A stretch of 64,000 nucleotides of DNA, taken from NCBI GenBank assembly GCA_050331595.1, contig JBHJGQ010000012.1, positions 24,112 through 88,111 of the forward strand. Direction: 5' to 3'. The position numbers were made by a program, and so were the translations under genes. This DNA comes from Opitutales bacterium. GTDB lineage: Bacteria; Verrucomicrobiota; Verrucomicrobiia; Opitutales; JBHJGM01. The notes beneath the pieces are model-generated. The model had not been told where the DNA came from and made no database searches. It saw nothing but the letters and a program-made list of their open reading frames with translations. The first letter of the stretch is position 1. Each line of letters begins with the position of its first letter. Below are positions 20,549 through 30,054 of the stretch, one piece after another.

Positions 20549-21364
20549 GTGGCCCAACCGCCTGCCATCGTCTTTGACCACGTCTCCCACCGCTTCCAGA
20601 GCGAGGGTCCCAACGTGCTGGAAGGCATCGATCTGCGATTGGAGGAGGGCGAATTCGTCTCGCTCGTTGGTCCCAGCGGCTCGGGCAAAAGCACCCTGCT
20701 GCGCCTGGCAGCCGGGTTGATCAAACCCCAACAGGGCAACGTGCACACGCTCGCAAAGCCGCCCGTTGAGGTCCAGCGGCAGCTCGCCTTCATCTTTCAG
20801 GAGGCCACGCTCTTCCCTTGGTTGGATGCTTTGCGCAACGTCGAGCTGCCCCTTAAACTGCGACGCACGCCAAAGACCGAACGCCGGGCCGTCGCCCGCG
20901 AATTGCTCGAACTCGTCGGTCTGGGCGAGGCGGCCAGCCGTTACCCGGATGAGTTGTCCGGCGGCATGAAAATGCGCGTCTCGGTTGCCCGCGCCCTGTC
21001 GTCCAAGCCGCGGCTGCTGCTCTTGGATGAACCCTTCGCCGCGTTGGATGAGCTGATTCGCGACCGCCTCGACGAAGATTTGCTGAGCCTGCGCGAGCGT
21101 GACCGCTGGAGTGCTCTGTTCGTGACGCACTCAGTGGCCGAGGCGGTTTTTCTGTCCAATCGCGTCTGGGTACTCTCCGCCGCGCCGGCACGCATCGTGG
21201 CCGACATCGAGATCCCCTTCGGTTACCCGCGCACCAATGACTTGCGCTCCGAGCCCGACTATCACGCGGTGGTCGACCGCGTCTCTAAAACGCTGCGCGC
21301 TAACGCCGGAGACGCCTTGGAAGCCTTTGCCGGAGCGCCTCAGCGTGCGGGCCAGACCTCGTAG
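20549..21364 (+). CDS. ABC transporter ATP-binding protein, NitT/TauB/SsuB family
   Basis: GPSGSGKS, FQEATLFPW, LSGGMKMR, LLLDEPF, FVTHSVAEA; GTG start estimated. Confidence 0.93.
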   Translation: MAQPPAIVFDHVSHRFQSEGPNVLEGIDLRLEEGEFVSLVGPSGSGKSTLLRLAAGLIKPQQGNVHTLAKPPVEVQRQLAFIFQEATLFPWLDALRNVELPLKLRRTPKTERRAVARELLELVGLGEAASRYPDELSGGMKMRVSVARALSSKPRLLLLDEPFAALDELIRDRLDEDLLSLRERDRWSALFVTHSVAEAVFLSNRVWVLSAAPARIVADIEIPFGYPRTNDLRSEPDYHAVVDRVSKTLRANAGDALEAFAGAPQRAGQTS

Positions 21365-22188
21365 ACCGGGTAGTAAGCATACCAGAGCCGTCCCTCAAGG
21401 GGGTGCACCCGGAACTGCATGCCGGCCTCGCGCAGCACGGCCTCCCAATCCGGGCGAGTCAGCAGACAGTTGTTTCCATCAAAGTAATACCGCTGTGTCG
21501 CCGCAAACTCCGCTTCGGTGAGCCCGCCGGTATCTGCCAGCTCCGCAATCGCGGCGAAAAGCGCGGCGTTGTCGAGCATCGAGGTGGCCCGGTCGTAATG
21601 CGCATTGAGAAATCCCGTCAGCCGCATGCCGAGGCCAAAGGCCGCCGCGTCGATGGCGCCGGCGCGGTACTGCTCAATCAGCCAGGCGGCGTCTTGCGAG
21701 GGCTGCCCCTCCCACGCCAGCGCCTTACGAAAGATCATGCGACCGCCGGGAGCTAGCACCGCCTTGAAAAGTTGCAGCAAGTCCAGGTGAGCGGCCCGGT
21801 CCGGCGTGTTGGCAAAAATTCCGTCGCCGAGAATCGCGTGAAAGGGAGCTTCGGGGATCACCTGCGTGGCCAGCTCGAACCAGCCCGACTCCACGATGCG
21901 CTCCCGGTCGGCGTAACGTGGGTCCAGCCAGTCGCGGTACAGCGCCACCGCCTCGGCATTGCGGTCGATGGCCACCGTCTGCGCGGCTCGGCTAGCGGCC
22001 AGGTTGCGCAATTCCGGCGTCATGCCCAGAACCAGCGCCGAGCCTTCGGCCAGTCCTTCGGGAAGACCGCGCGCGTAGGCCTCGACCTCTTCCGGCCCTG
22101 GACTGCCGGCGGCATGACGCTGCTTTAATCCACCCGAGGCAATACGACGCGCCAAGGTTGAGGCGCTCCAGGGATCACGGCTCGGCAT
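21340..22188 (-). CDS. class I SAM-dependent methyltransferase-like protein (atypical motif I)
   Basis: ALVLGMTPELR, VAIDRN, FHAILGD, VLAPGGRMIF; start ATG 22188 overlaps the upstream gene. Confidence 0.65.
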   Translation of the reverse strand: MPSRDPWSASTLARRIASGGLKQRHAAGSPGPEEVEAYARGLPEGLAEGSALVLGMTPELRNLAASRAAQTVAIDRNAEAVALYRDWLDPRYADRERIVESGWFELATQVIPEAPFHAILGDGIFANTPDRAAHLDLLQLFKAVLAPGGRMIFRKALAWEGQPSQDAAWLIEQYRAGAIDAAAFGLGMRLTGFLNAHYDRATSMLDNAALFAAIAELADTGGLTEAEFAATQRYYFDGNNCLLTRPDWEAVLREAGMQFRVHPLEGRLWYAYYPVYEVWPAR

Positions 22189-23389
22189 GGGTGGTGGATT
22201 CGGTGGAGGGTGGCAGGCGGCTGCGGATGGCTGCCTCCAGCTCATCGGACAAACCTTTGCCCAGAAAAGCCTCGTACACCGGCACGTAAAAGCCGCGCAG
22301 AGGCTCGATTCCGCGCACGCGCTCGGGCAGGGACGCCGGGTCTGGAAAGGTATCGGCAAAGGCCTCGAGATTGCCCTGTATGGCCAGGCTTAGCTGGGTG
22401 CGTATGCATTTTTCGCAGCGCCCGCAGTTCAGTTCATCGGTCAGGTTGGCCCAGCACACCCGCAGGTGCGCCTGCACCAGCGGTTCGTGTGCAATCTGCG
22501 CCAGCTTTTCGCGCCGCCAGAGCGCCTCGCCCGTGTGGCGAATGCGCAGGTGCGCCGATGACCAGCACGGATCCAACTCGGGGTGCGAGCCCCACGGGGC
22601 CATGTTGTGTACGTTGAAGGAGGCGGCGATGAGCAGTTCGTTCACCGTTCCGGCCAGCGCATGCCCCACCGAGGCCAGCGCCGCCCCGTGAAGCATCACC
22701 CAATCCAGCCGCCGCAACGTGCGGTGTTCGCGCAGATTGGTCCGCAACACGATGGCCTTGACGCCGAGCGCGGCTGCGACCGCCCGCAGGTGCGGCTCCC
22801 AGGCGGCTACGCGCGCCCGGTCCGCCAGCGTGATGTCGAAGCCGTGCACGAAGACCAGCGCCAGCAGATGCTCGCGGTGTTGCAACAAAGCGTGAAAGGA
22901 ATCGACCCCGCCCGTGAAGCAGACGGCCGAGCCGGTCGTGCCTTCGCGCAAAACGCCCGGAACCGTCGAGGCGGTGTCACGCGTGCGCAGCAAAGCGAGT
23001 GAATCGGGCTGGGCAGCCGATTTGCCCCAGCTGTCCAGCAGCCCGAGGGCACGCTCGACGTTGGCTCGCCAAACCGGGCACAGCGGCGTCTCCATCACCA
23101 AAGGACGCCCGGTGAGGGCCGCGGCCGCCACCAAGGCCGATCCCCAGGCCTCTGGCTCGGGTGCCAAAAGCGCATCCTCGCTCTCAAACCACAGCGGCTG
23201 CCCGTCGACGTTGGCCACGATGCGCGAGCGGCGCCCGGAGCGCTCCAGCCTGGGGCTTGAAACGTGGATGGCGTCCCCGGGGTAGTCCGAAAGCCCATAC
23301 AGCCAGCCCCAATGACGCAACAAATTGGCCTTGCCCGGAAGCGACCGGACAAAGCGGCGGGCACGAACCATGGGTGGCGCCTTTGGCAT
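22175..23389 (-). CDS. PP-loop (QueC-like/adenine nucleotide alpha hydrolase) ATPase with C-terminal Cys cluster
   Basis: CFTGGVDSF PP-loop; RVCW-x6-NCGRCEKCIRT metal-binding motif; WGSHPELDP. Confidence 0.7.
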   Translation of the reverse strand: MPKAPPMVRARRFVRSLPGKANLLRHWGWLYGLSDYPGDAIHVSSPRLERSGRRSRIVANVDGQPLWFESEDALLAPEPEAWGSALVAAAALTGRPLVMETPLCPVWRANVERALGLLDSWGKSAAQPDSLALLRTRDTASTVPGVLREGTTGSAVCFTGGVDSFHALLQHREHLLALVFVHGFDITLADRARVAAWEPHLRAVAAALGVKAIVLRTNLREHRTLRRLDWVMLHGAALASVGHALAGTVNELLIAASFNVHNMAPWGSHPELDPCWSSAHLRIRHTGEALWRREKLAQIAHEPLVQAHLRVCWANLTDELNCGRCEKCIRTQLSLAIQGNLEAFADTFPDPASLPERVRGIEPLRGFYVPVYEAFLGKGLSDELEAAIRSRLPPSTESTTHAEP

Positions 23390-23497
23390 GCGCGTACGTC
23401 TTAAGAGAACCTGTCGGCGGTTATCGATAAGTCCATCTCAAAGCGAAGGGGCCAAGCCGCGCTTGCCACCGATTCGGCGCATCCTAGCGTTCTAGGT

Positions 23498-24037
<540 letters not shown>

Positions 24038-24039
24038 GT

Positions 24040-25083
24040 TCACCCGCCCACGTAGGACATCTCTACCTTTGGCGGGGCAGGGGACCCCTGCGCTTCCAGT
24101 TCCGCGCGCAACTCGGAGTAGCGGTCTTCGCGCCGTTGCCAGATGGCACCGATGAATTCGGCCAGTTGCGCGGGCTCCCAATTCGCCGCCAGCGCCGCCC
24201 TCAAATCGTGGCCCGAAGTCGCAAACAAACACGTAAAAAGCTGGCCCTCGGCACTGACGCGGGCTCGGTTGCAGTCGCCGCAGAAGGGGGCCGAGATCGA
24301 CGGAATGATCCCGAATTCGCCCGCACCGTCCAGGTAACGATATCGCCGCGCAACCTCGCCCACGCGTTCGGGGGCCTGGCTCTCAAACGGAAATTCGGCC
24401 GCCAGAGCCGCGCGGATCGTTTCCGCCGGCACGACCTGACCGCGTTGCCAGGCGTTGTGATTGCCCACATCCATGTACTCGATGAAGCGCAGGGTGACCC
24501 CTCGCTCCCGGGCAAAGCGGGCCAGAGGCACAATCTGGTCCGCGTTCACTCCCTGTTGAAGGACGGCGTTGAGTTTCGTCGGCAAGCCGGCCTCGAGCGC
24601 GGCGTCGAGTCCCGCGATGACCGCTTCGGGCCGCGCCGTTCCCCCGGACATGCGCTCCAGCGCCGCCGGGTTGAGCGCGTCCAGGCTGATATTGACCCGC
24701 CGCAGACCGGCCTCGCGCAGTTCTCGGGCGAGCTTGGGCAGGCGGATTGCGTTCGTGCTCAAGGCCAGGTCGCGCACCCCGGGCACCCGCGCCAGGCACT
24801 GGACCAACTCTGGCAAACGCGGTCGCAGCAGCGGTTCCCCGCCGGTCAACCGGACCTTGTCGACCCCGTTGGCCACGAAAGCCCGCACCAGGCGTTCGAT
24901 CGTGTCAAAGTCCAGCCACTTCGAGGGCGGCAGAAAAGGGTAGTCCGCGCCAAAGACCTCCGCCGGCATGCAGTAGCGGCAGCGCAGGTTGCAGCGGTCG
25001 GTCACCGACAGGCGCAGGTCGCGCAGCGGACGACCCCGGCGGTCCAGCGGCTTGGGGGGCGATGTCTCTTGGGCAGCAGGCAT
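24040..25083 (-). CDS. moaA: GTP 3',8-cyclase (radical SAM)
   Basis: LRLSVTDRCNLRCRYCMP, FCGDCNRARV...TCLF, C-terminal MSYVGG. Confidence 0.97.
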   Translation of the reverse strand: MPAAQETSPPKPLDRRGRPLRDLRLSVTDRCNLRCRYCMPAEVFGADYPFLPPSKWLDFDTIERLVRAFVANGVDKVRLTGGEPLLRPRLPELVQCLARVPGVRDLALSTNAIRLPKLARELREAGLRRVNISLDALNPAALERMSGGTARPEAVIAGLDAALEAGLPTKLNAVLQQGVNADQIVPLARFARERGVTLRFIEYMDVGNHNAWQRGQVVPAETIRAALAAEFPFESQAPERVGEVARRYRYLDGAGEFGIIPSISAPFCGDCNRARVSAEGQLFTCLFATSGHDLRAALAANWEPAQLAEFIGAIWQRREDRYSELRAELEAQGSPAPPKVEMSYVGG

Positions 25084-25192
25084 GCGTTCGTTGCGCAAAA
25101 ATGGCGTGATTACAGGTTGGAGCAAGTCCCGTGCGCCTTCCGCGTGCCTCCAGCGATTGCCTTTCTCGTTGCTGCCCGCACACTTGCCCACG

Positions 25193-26029
25193 ATGGACGC
25201 CACTGAACGCGAGACCCTTGAAACCGCCCTGCGCCTGAGCCACGCAGGTCAGCCCGTAGTGCTGGTGACCCTGGTCGAGGGTACGGGCAGCGTCCCGCAA
25301 AAACCCGGAGCGCGCCTCGTTGTCGGTCTGGAGGGCTATCTCGCCGGAACCGTGGGCGGGGGCAAGGTGGAGGCGGCCGCCATCCGGCACGCGGGCGAGT
25401 TGCTCCATTCTGATCAACCAGGTCAAGTCGACTTGGTCCATTGGAACTTGAACAGGGATCTCGGCATGACCTGCGGCGGGGCCGTGCGCCTCTTTTTCGA
25501 GCCGCTGAACTGCAAGCCCTGGACGGTGGCGGTTTTCGGCGCGGGCCACGTGGCCCAGTGCGTCGTGCGCAGTTTGCTGCGTCTCCAATGCCAGGTGCGG
25601 TGCTTCGACCCGCGTGAGGATTGGCTGCAGCGCCTGCCGGCGTCGGACAAACTTCAGGCCCAGAGGACCGATGAACTGGCCCTGCAGGTGGCGGGGCTGC
25701 CTGAAGGCACCTTTATTGTCAGCATGACCCAGGGGCATTCGCACGACCGGCCCATCCTGCAGGAAGCCCTGGCCAGCGAGCGCTTTCCCTACGTGGGCGT
25801 CATCGGCAGCCACAGCAAAGCCCAGGTCCTGCGCCGCGAACTCGTTGAGCACGGCCTGGACGCGACCGCCGCAAAGCGCCTGCGCTGTCCGATCGGGCTG
25901 GCCCTTGGGTCGAGCGACCCCGAGGAAATCGCCATCAGCGTGACCGCCGAATTGCTCCAGGTGCGCGACCAGCTTCGTCCGGAACCGCCCCGCAAGTCGC
26001 CTACGAAATCAACGACTCCCGCGCCCTGA
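25193..26029 (+). CDS. xdhC: xanthine dehydrogenase accessory protein XdhC
   Basis: GSVPQKPGA, GTVGGGKVE, GMTCGG, FGAGHV, MTQGHSHD, GVIGS, CPIG, PEEIAIS. Confidence 0.93.
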   Translation: MDATERETLETALRLSHAGQPVVLVTLVEGTGSVPQKPGARLVVGLEGYLAGTVGGGKVEAAAIRHAGELLHSDQPGQVDLVHWNLNRDLGMTCGGAVRLFFEPLNCKPWTVAVFGAGHVAQCVVRSLLRLQCQVRCFDPREDWLQRLPASDKLQAQRTDELALQVAGLPEGTFIVSMTQGHSHDRPILQEALASERFPYVGVIGSHSKAQVLRRELVEHGLDATAAKRLRCPIGLALGSSDPEEIAISVTAELLQVRDQLRPEPPRKSPTKSTTPAP

Positions 26030-29000
26030 TGGCGTGGAAAATTGCCTCGTTCGTCGCGGGGCAGCCAAGCGGGACCTCGCGTGTGTCGTCCTTGGGGACG
26101 AAGGCCGCAACCGCATCGCGGAGGGCTTCGCGAACGGAGATGGCCAGCATCAGTGGTGGTTCGCCGACAGCCTTGCTCCCGTGGATCGTGTCCTCGTTGA
26201 GAGCATCGGGCAGCAACTCGACGTTGAAGACCGCCGGCGCATCGGAAAAGGCCGGAATCTGGTAGGTGCTGGCGCTGTGGGTGAGCAGCTTGCCAGCGGC
26301 GTCCCACTTGAGTTCCTCACGGGTGAGCCAGCCCATGCCCTGCACAAAGCCGCCCTCGATCTGCCCGCGGTCGACGCCCGGATTCAGCGAATCGCCCACG
26401 TCGTGCAGGATGTCGACGCGCCGCAAGCGATTCATGCCACTGTAGCCGTCGACCTCGACTTCGCTGACCGCCGCCCCGAAGGCATAGTAATGGAAAGGCT
26501 TGCCCAAACCCTTCGCGCGGTCCCAGTGAATGCCCGGCGTGGCGTAAAAACCGGTTGTCGACAGGCTGACGCGACGCTTGTGCGCTGCTTTGGCCAGGCT
26601 CAGGAAGGTCGGCGCGACATCGGGCTTGCCCGGGTCAAAAAAGGTGCCGTCGCGAAAAACGATGTGGCCGGGATCGGTCTCCACGCCCGCTTCGGCGAGG
26701 ATATCCGCCGCGATTGGCCGCAGGCGTTCGATCAGCGTCTGGCAGGCGTTGCGGACCGCCGCGCCGTTCAAATCGCTGCCGCTGGAGGCCGCCGTGGCCG
26801 AGGTGTTGGGCACCTTGTCGGTGGCGGTTTTCATCATGCGAATGGCCTGCGCAGGCAGGCCCAGCTCACGCATGGCGATCCCCAAAATCTTCGTGTGCAG
26901 CCCCTGGCCCATTTCGGTGCCACCGTGGTTTACCTGAACGGTGCCGTCCTGATAGATGTGCACGAGCGCGCCGGCCTGATTGTAGTGGGTCAGGGTGAAG
27001 GAGATGCCGAACTTCACCGGCGTGACCGCCAGCCCGCGCTTGATCCGCGGGCTGGTGGCGTTGAAGGCATCCACTTCTGCCCGGCGATGCGAAAAGGCCG
27101 ACGACTTCAGCAGTTTGGGCCAGATGCGCTGGAGCCGGTTGTGTTCGATTCGCTGGCCGTAGTGGGTGGTGCTGGTTTCGCCGTCGCCGTGGTAGAAATT
27201 GCGCTCGCGCAGCGCTTCCGGGGCAACCCCCACACGGCGGGCCACGCGGTCCATGATCTCTTCGATGATGAGCATGCCCTGCGGTCCGCCAAAGCCGCGA
27301 AAGGCCGTGTTGGAGGGCAGGTTGGCCTTGGTGGCTCGCCCGGAAACCTTCAGCGCGGGAATGTAATAGGCGTTGTCTATGTGGAACATGGCCCGGTCGG
27401 TCACCGGCATGGACAGGTCCAGCGACCAGCCACCGTCCGAGAACAGATCGGCCTCAAGCGCCAAGAGCGTGCCGTCGTCATCGAAGCCCACCCGAAACCG
27501 CGCGTGAAAGCCGTGGCGCTTGCCGGTGGTGCGGATGTCGATGTCGCGGTCGAGCATGATGCGCGCGGCGCGGCCATGACGCTGCGAGACGACCGCGGCC
27601 AGCGCCGCCCAGTGGTTGCCCTGGGTTTCCTTGCCCCCGAAGCCACCGCCCATGCGCGGCGACTGCGCCACCACGCGGTTTTTCGGCACGCCCAGGACCT
27701 GCGCCACCATGTGCTGAATTTCCGAAGGATGCTGGGTGGAGGAGGAGACGAAGACGTCGCCCTCGGTATCCACAAAAGCCCAGGCCGCCTGCGTCTCTAG
27801 ATAAAAGTGCTCCTGCCCGCCAAAGTCGAAAGTGCCCTCCAGAGTGTGCGGGCTGTCCGCCAGGGCTACCTGGACGTCGCCGCGCGTCATGTAGTTGGCC
27901 GGGTAGTGGAAGGAATCCTGCTCAATGGCCTCCCGGACGCTCAGGATGGCCGGCAGCGGCTCGTAAGTGATGTCGATTTTCTGCGCACCGTCGCGGCAGG
28001 CCTGCAAGGTTTCGCCCACAACAACCGCGACCAGTTGGCCTTCGTAGAAAACCTCATCGTCGGCCAGCAGCGGCTCATCCGGGCGGGACGGCCCCACGTC
28101 GTTGAAACCGGGAATGGCGTCGGCCCAGAGCACGTCGATCACCCCGGGCACGGCCAGGGCAGCCGCGTCGTCCTTGCTTAAAATCCGGGCGTGGGCCTGC
28201 CCCGACAGGACCGGCCACAGCTCCAGCATCGGACGCTCCGCGCCCATGTCATCGACGTAGCGCGCTCGCCCGCTGACGTGACCGTGACCACTCTCATGCG
28301 CCAGGTTTCGGGAGATGTCGTCCTCGTCCCAGCGTAAATCTTCGCGGTAGTCCAGGTCGGCGTCCTGCGCTTCGCTCTGGACCCCATCCAGGAACTTCTC
28401 GAACAGACTGACCACGATACCGGCCCGATATTCGGCCGACGCGCGCCCGTCGCTGATCGGCAAAAATTCCCCGGCCAGGGTTTTCAGCGCCCGTTGGCGC
28501 GTCGGTGCATCGAGCGCATTGCCGCGCAGGACGGCTTCGGTTTGGACGGCTCGGACCGGGGTGGCCGCCACGCCGCCGTAGCCCAGACGAATCTCCCGCA
28601 CCCGACCCTTCGCGTCGGTTTCCAGATAAAAGCCGCCGGCGACCGCGCTGATGTCCATCTCCCGCCGCTTCGACACCTTGAGGAAGTCCACGCGCGGCGC
28701 CTGCCCGGCGGGTGCCTCGTGGTGGGGAATCCGCACCGCCCGGATCAACTCGCCCGGCTCCATGAGGGTTTTGCGGTAGCCGGTGAAGAACGACTCGAGC
28801 GCCACGACGCGTTCTCCCTGTGCGCTGGCGAGTTCGACGGACGCGCCCAGGGCCAGCAGTAGCGGCGCGCTGTCGCCGATGGGCGAAGCCGTCGCAAGAT
28901 TGCCGCCCAGGGTGGCGTTGTTGCGGATTTGCCGCGAGGCGAAGACCCGCCAGAGCTTGTCGAGGGACGGGATGTCACCATCCATGGCTTCCTCGATTTC

Positions 29001-29855
29001 GACCATGGTGGCCGCACCGCCGAGGCTCCAATGATCGGTTGTCCGCGTCACCGCGCGCAATTCCGGCACGTTGGCCAGTGAAATAAGCTGCGGGCTTTTG
29101 CGATTGAATTTGGCCACCTCGACGCCGATCTCGGTCGCTCCGGCGATCAGGCGTGCCTTGGGGTAGCGATGCCACAGCTCAAAGACCTCCTGGAGGCTGC
29201 GCGGGTGAAAGAAGAACTCCTCGCCGTGAATCAGATTGCCGCCGGTCTCATCCCCGGCGTCGCCCTCTTTGCGCGCCGCTTCGCGCAGGAGGCGTCCGGG
29301 AGGGGTTTGGTCGGATTCGAGTTCAACACGATGCTGCCAGATGGCTTCGGCAGCCGCGTCGCGAATGGGCCGGTAGCCGGTGCAGCGGCAGAGGTTGCCG
29401 CAGAGCTGGTCGGCCAGTTGTGGACGGGTTTTGAGATCACCGCGGTAGTAGCCTTCCAGCATCGAGACGATGAAGCCCGGCGTGCAAAACCCGCACTGGC
29501 TGCCGTAGTGATGCACCATCGACTGCTGGACCGGGTGCAGCGCCTGGTCCTTTTCGGCCAGGCCCTCGACGGTGATTACCTGCTTGCCCGCATACATTGG
29601 GAGCAGCCCGATGCAGCTGTTGACCGCGCGGTAGGTGGGTTGGCCGTGAGCGTCGCGCTCGATGACCGCCACGGTGCACGCCCCGCAATCGCCCTCGCTG
29701 CAGCCCTGTTTCGTGCCGGTCAGGCCCTTTTCGCGCAGATACTCAAGCAGGGTGGTCTGCGGGGAGCGGTCGCGGACCAAGTGCTCCTGCCCGTTGACCC
29801 AAAAGCGAAATTCGCCGGGGATGACCCGTGTCTGTTCGGTGGTTTCGAGACTCAC
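26001..29855 (-). CDS. xdhAB: xanthine dehydrogenase, single-chain XdhA-XdhB fusion (2Fe-2S + FAD + Moco)
   Basis: GCSEGDCGAC, QCGFCTPG, GNLCRCTGY, FAD domain (ATLGGNLATASPIGD), GGGFGGKE, AFRGFGGPQG, KAVGEPP, all in one 1284-aa ORF. Confidence 0.95.
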   Translation of the reverse strand: MSLETTEQTRVIPGEFRFWVNGQEHLVRDRSPQTTLLEYLREKGLTGTKQGCSEGDCGACTVAVIERDAHGQPTYRAVNSCIGLLPMYAGKQVITVEGLAEKDQALHPVQQSMVHHYGSQCGFCTPGFIVSMLEGYYRGDLKTRPQLADQLCGNLCRCTGYRPIRDAAAEAIWQHRVELESDQTPPGRLLREAARKEGDAGDETGGNLIHGEEFFFHPRSLQEVFELWHRYPKARLIAGATEIGVEVAKFNRKSPQLISLANVPELRAVTRTTDHWSLGGAATMVEIEEAMDGDIPSLDKLWRVFASRQIRNNATLGGNLATASPIGDSAPLLLALGASVELASAQGERVVALESFFTGYRKTLMEPGELIRAVRIPHHEAPAGQAPRVDFLKVSKRREMDISAVAGGFYLETDAKGRVREIRLGYGGVAATPVRAVQTEAVLRGNALDAPTRQRALKTLAGEFLPISDGRASAEYRAGIVVSLFEKFLDGVQSEAQDADLDYREDLRWDEDDISRNLAHESGHGHVSGRARYVDDMGAERPMLELWPVLSGQAHARILSKDDAAALAVPGVIDVLWADAIPGFNDVGPSRPDEPLLADDEVFYEGQLVAVVVGETLQACRDGAQKIDITYEPLPAILSVREAIEQDSFHYPANYMTRGDVQVALADSPHTLEGTFDFGGQEHFYLETQAAWAFVDTEGDVFVSSSTQHPSEIQHMVAQVLGVPKNRVVAQSPRMGGGFGGKETQGNHWAALAAVVSQRHGRAARIMLDRDIDIRTTGKRHGFHARFRVGFDDDGTLLALEADLFSDGGWSLDLSMPVTDRAMFHIDNAYYIPALKVSGRATKANLPSNTAFRGFGGPQGMLIIEEIMDRVARRVGVAPEALRERNFYHGDGETSTTHYGQRIEHNRLQRIWPKLLKSSAFSHRRAEVDAFNATSPRIKRGLAVTPVKFGISFTLTHYNQAGALVHIYQDGTVQVNHGGTEMGQGLHTKILGIAMRELGLPAQAIRMMKTATDKVPNTSATAASSGSDLNGAAVRNACQTLIERLRPIAADILAEAGVETDPGHIVFRDGTFFDPGKPDVAPTFLSLAKAAHKRRVSLSTTGFYATPGIHWDRAKGLGKPFHYYAFGAAVSEVEVDGYSGMNRLRRVDILHDVGDSLNPGVDRGQIEGGFVQGMGWLTREELKWDAAGKLLTHSASTYQIPAFSDAPAVFNVELLPDALNEDTIHGSKAVGEPPLMLAISVREALRDAVAAFVPKDDTREVPLGCPATNEAIFHAIRARESLIS

Positions 29856-29863
29856 GTGACGTC

Positions 29864-29976
29864 AAAAAACAAACAATGGTGGCCGACCGACGCACGGGGG
29901 GTCAGCCCAAGACGGAATTTGAGCAGCTTCCAAGCCATCCTATCGTCACTAGAGGAAGCTTTCAGAGAGGTTGCAA
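29864..29976 (-). promoter_or_regulatory. candidate sigma70 promoter plus structured leader of xdhAB
   Basis: Minus strand TTGCAA-N17-TCTAGT, then an 8-bp hairpin GGCTGACC/GGTCGGCC followed by a T-rich tract just before the GTG start. Confidence 0.3.
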
Positions 29977-30054
29977 GTGGCGGAAATCATTCATGCGCGA
30001 TTGCGATAAATCCGGCTGGCCTTGTCCGCCGCAGTTTCCTATCCCCCGTGGCCA

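Noticed and set aside
26034..27800. Long antisense ORFs (for example 26034-27800, 12763-14451, 2820-4547, 29962-31608, 35692-37113)
   Set aside because: Shadow frames of well-supported genes, expected from GC-rich codon bias; no recognisable motifs
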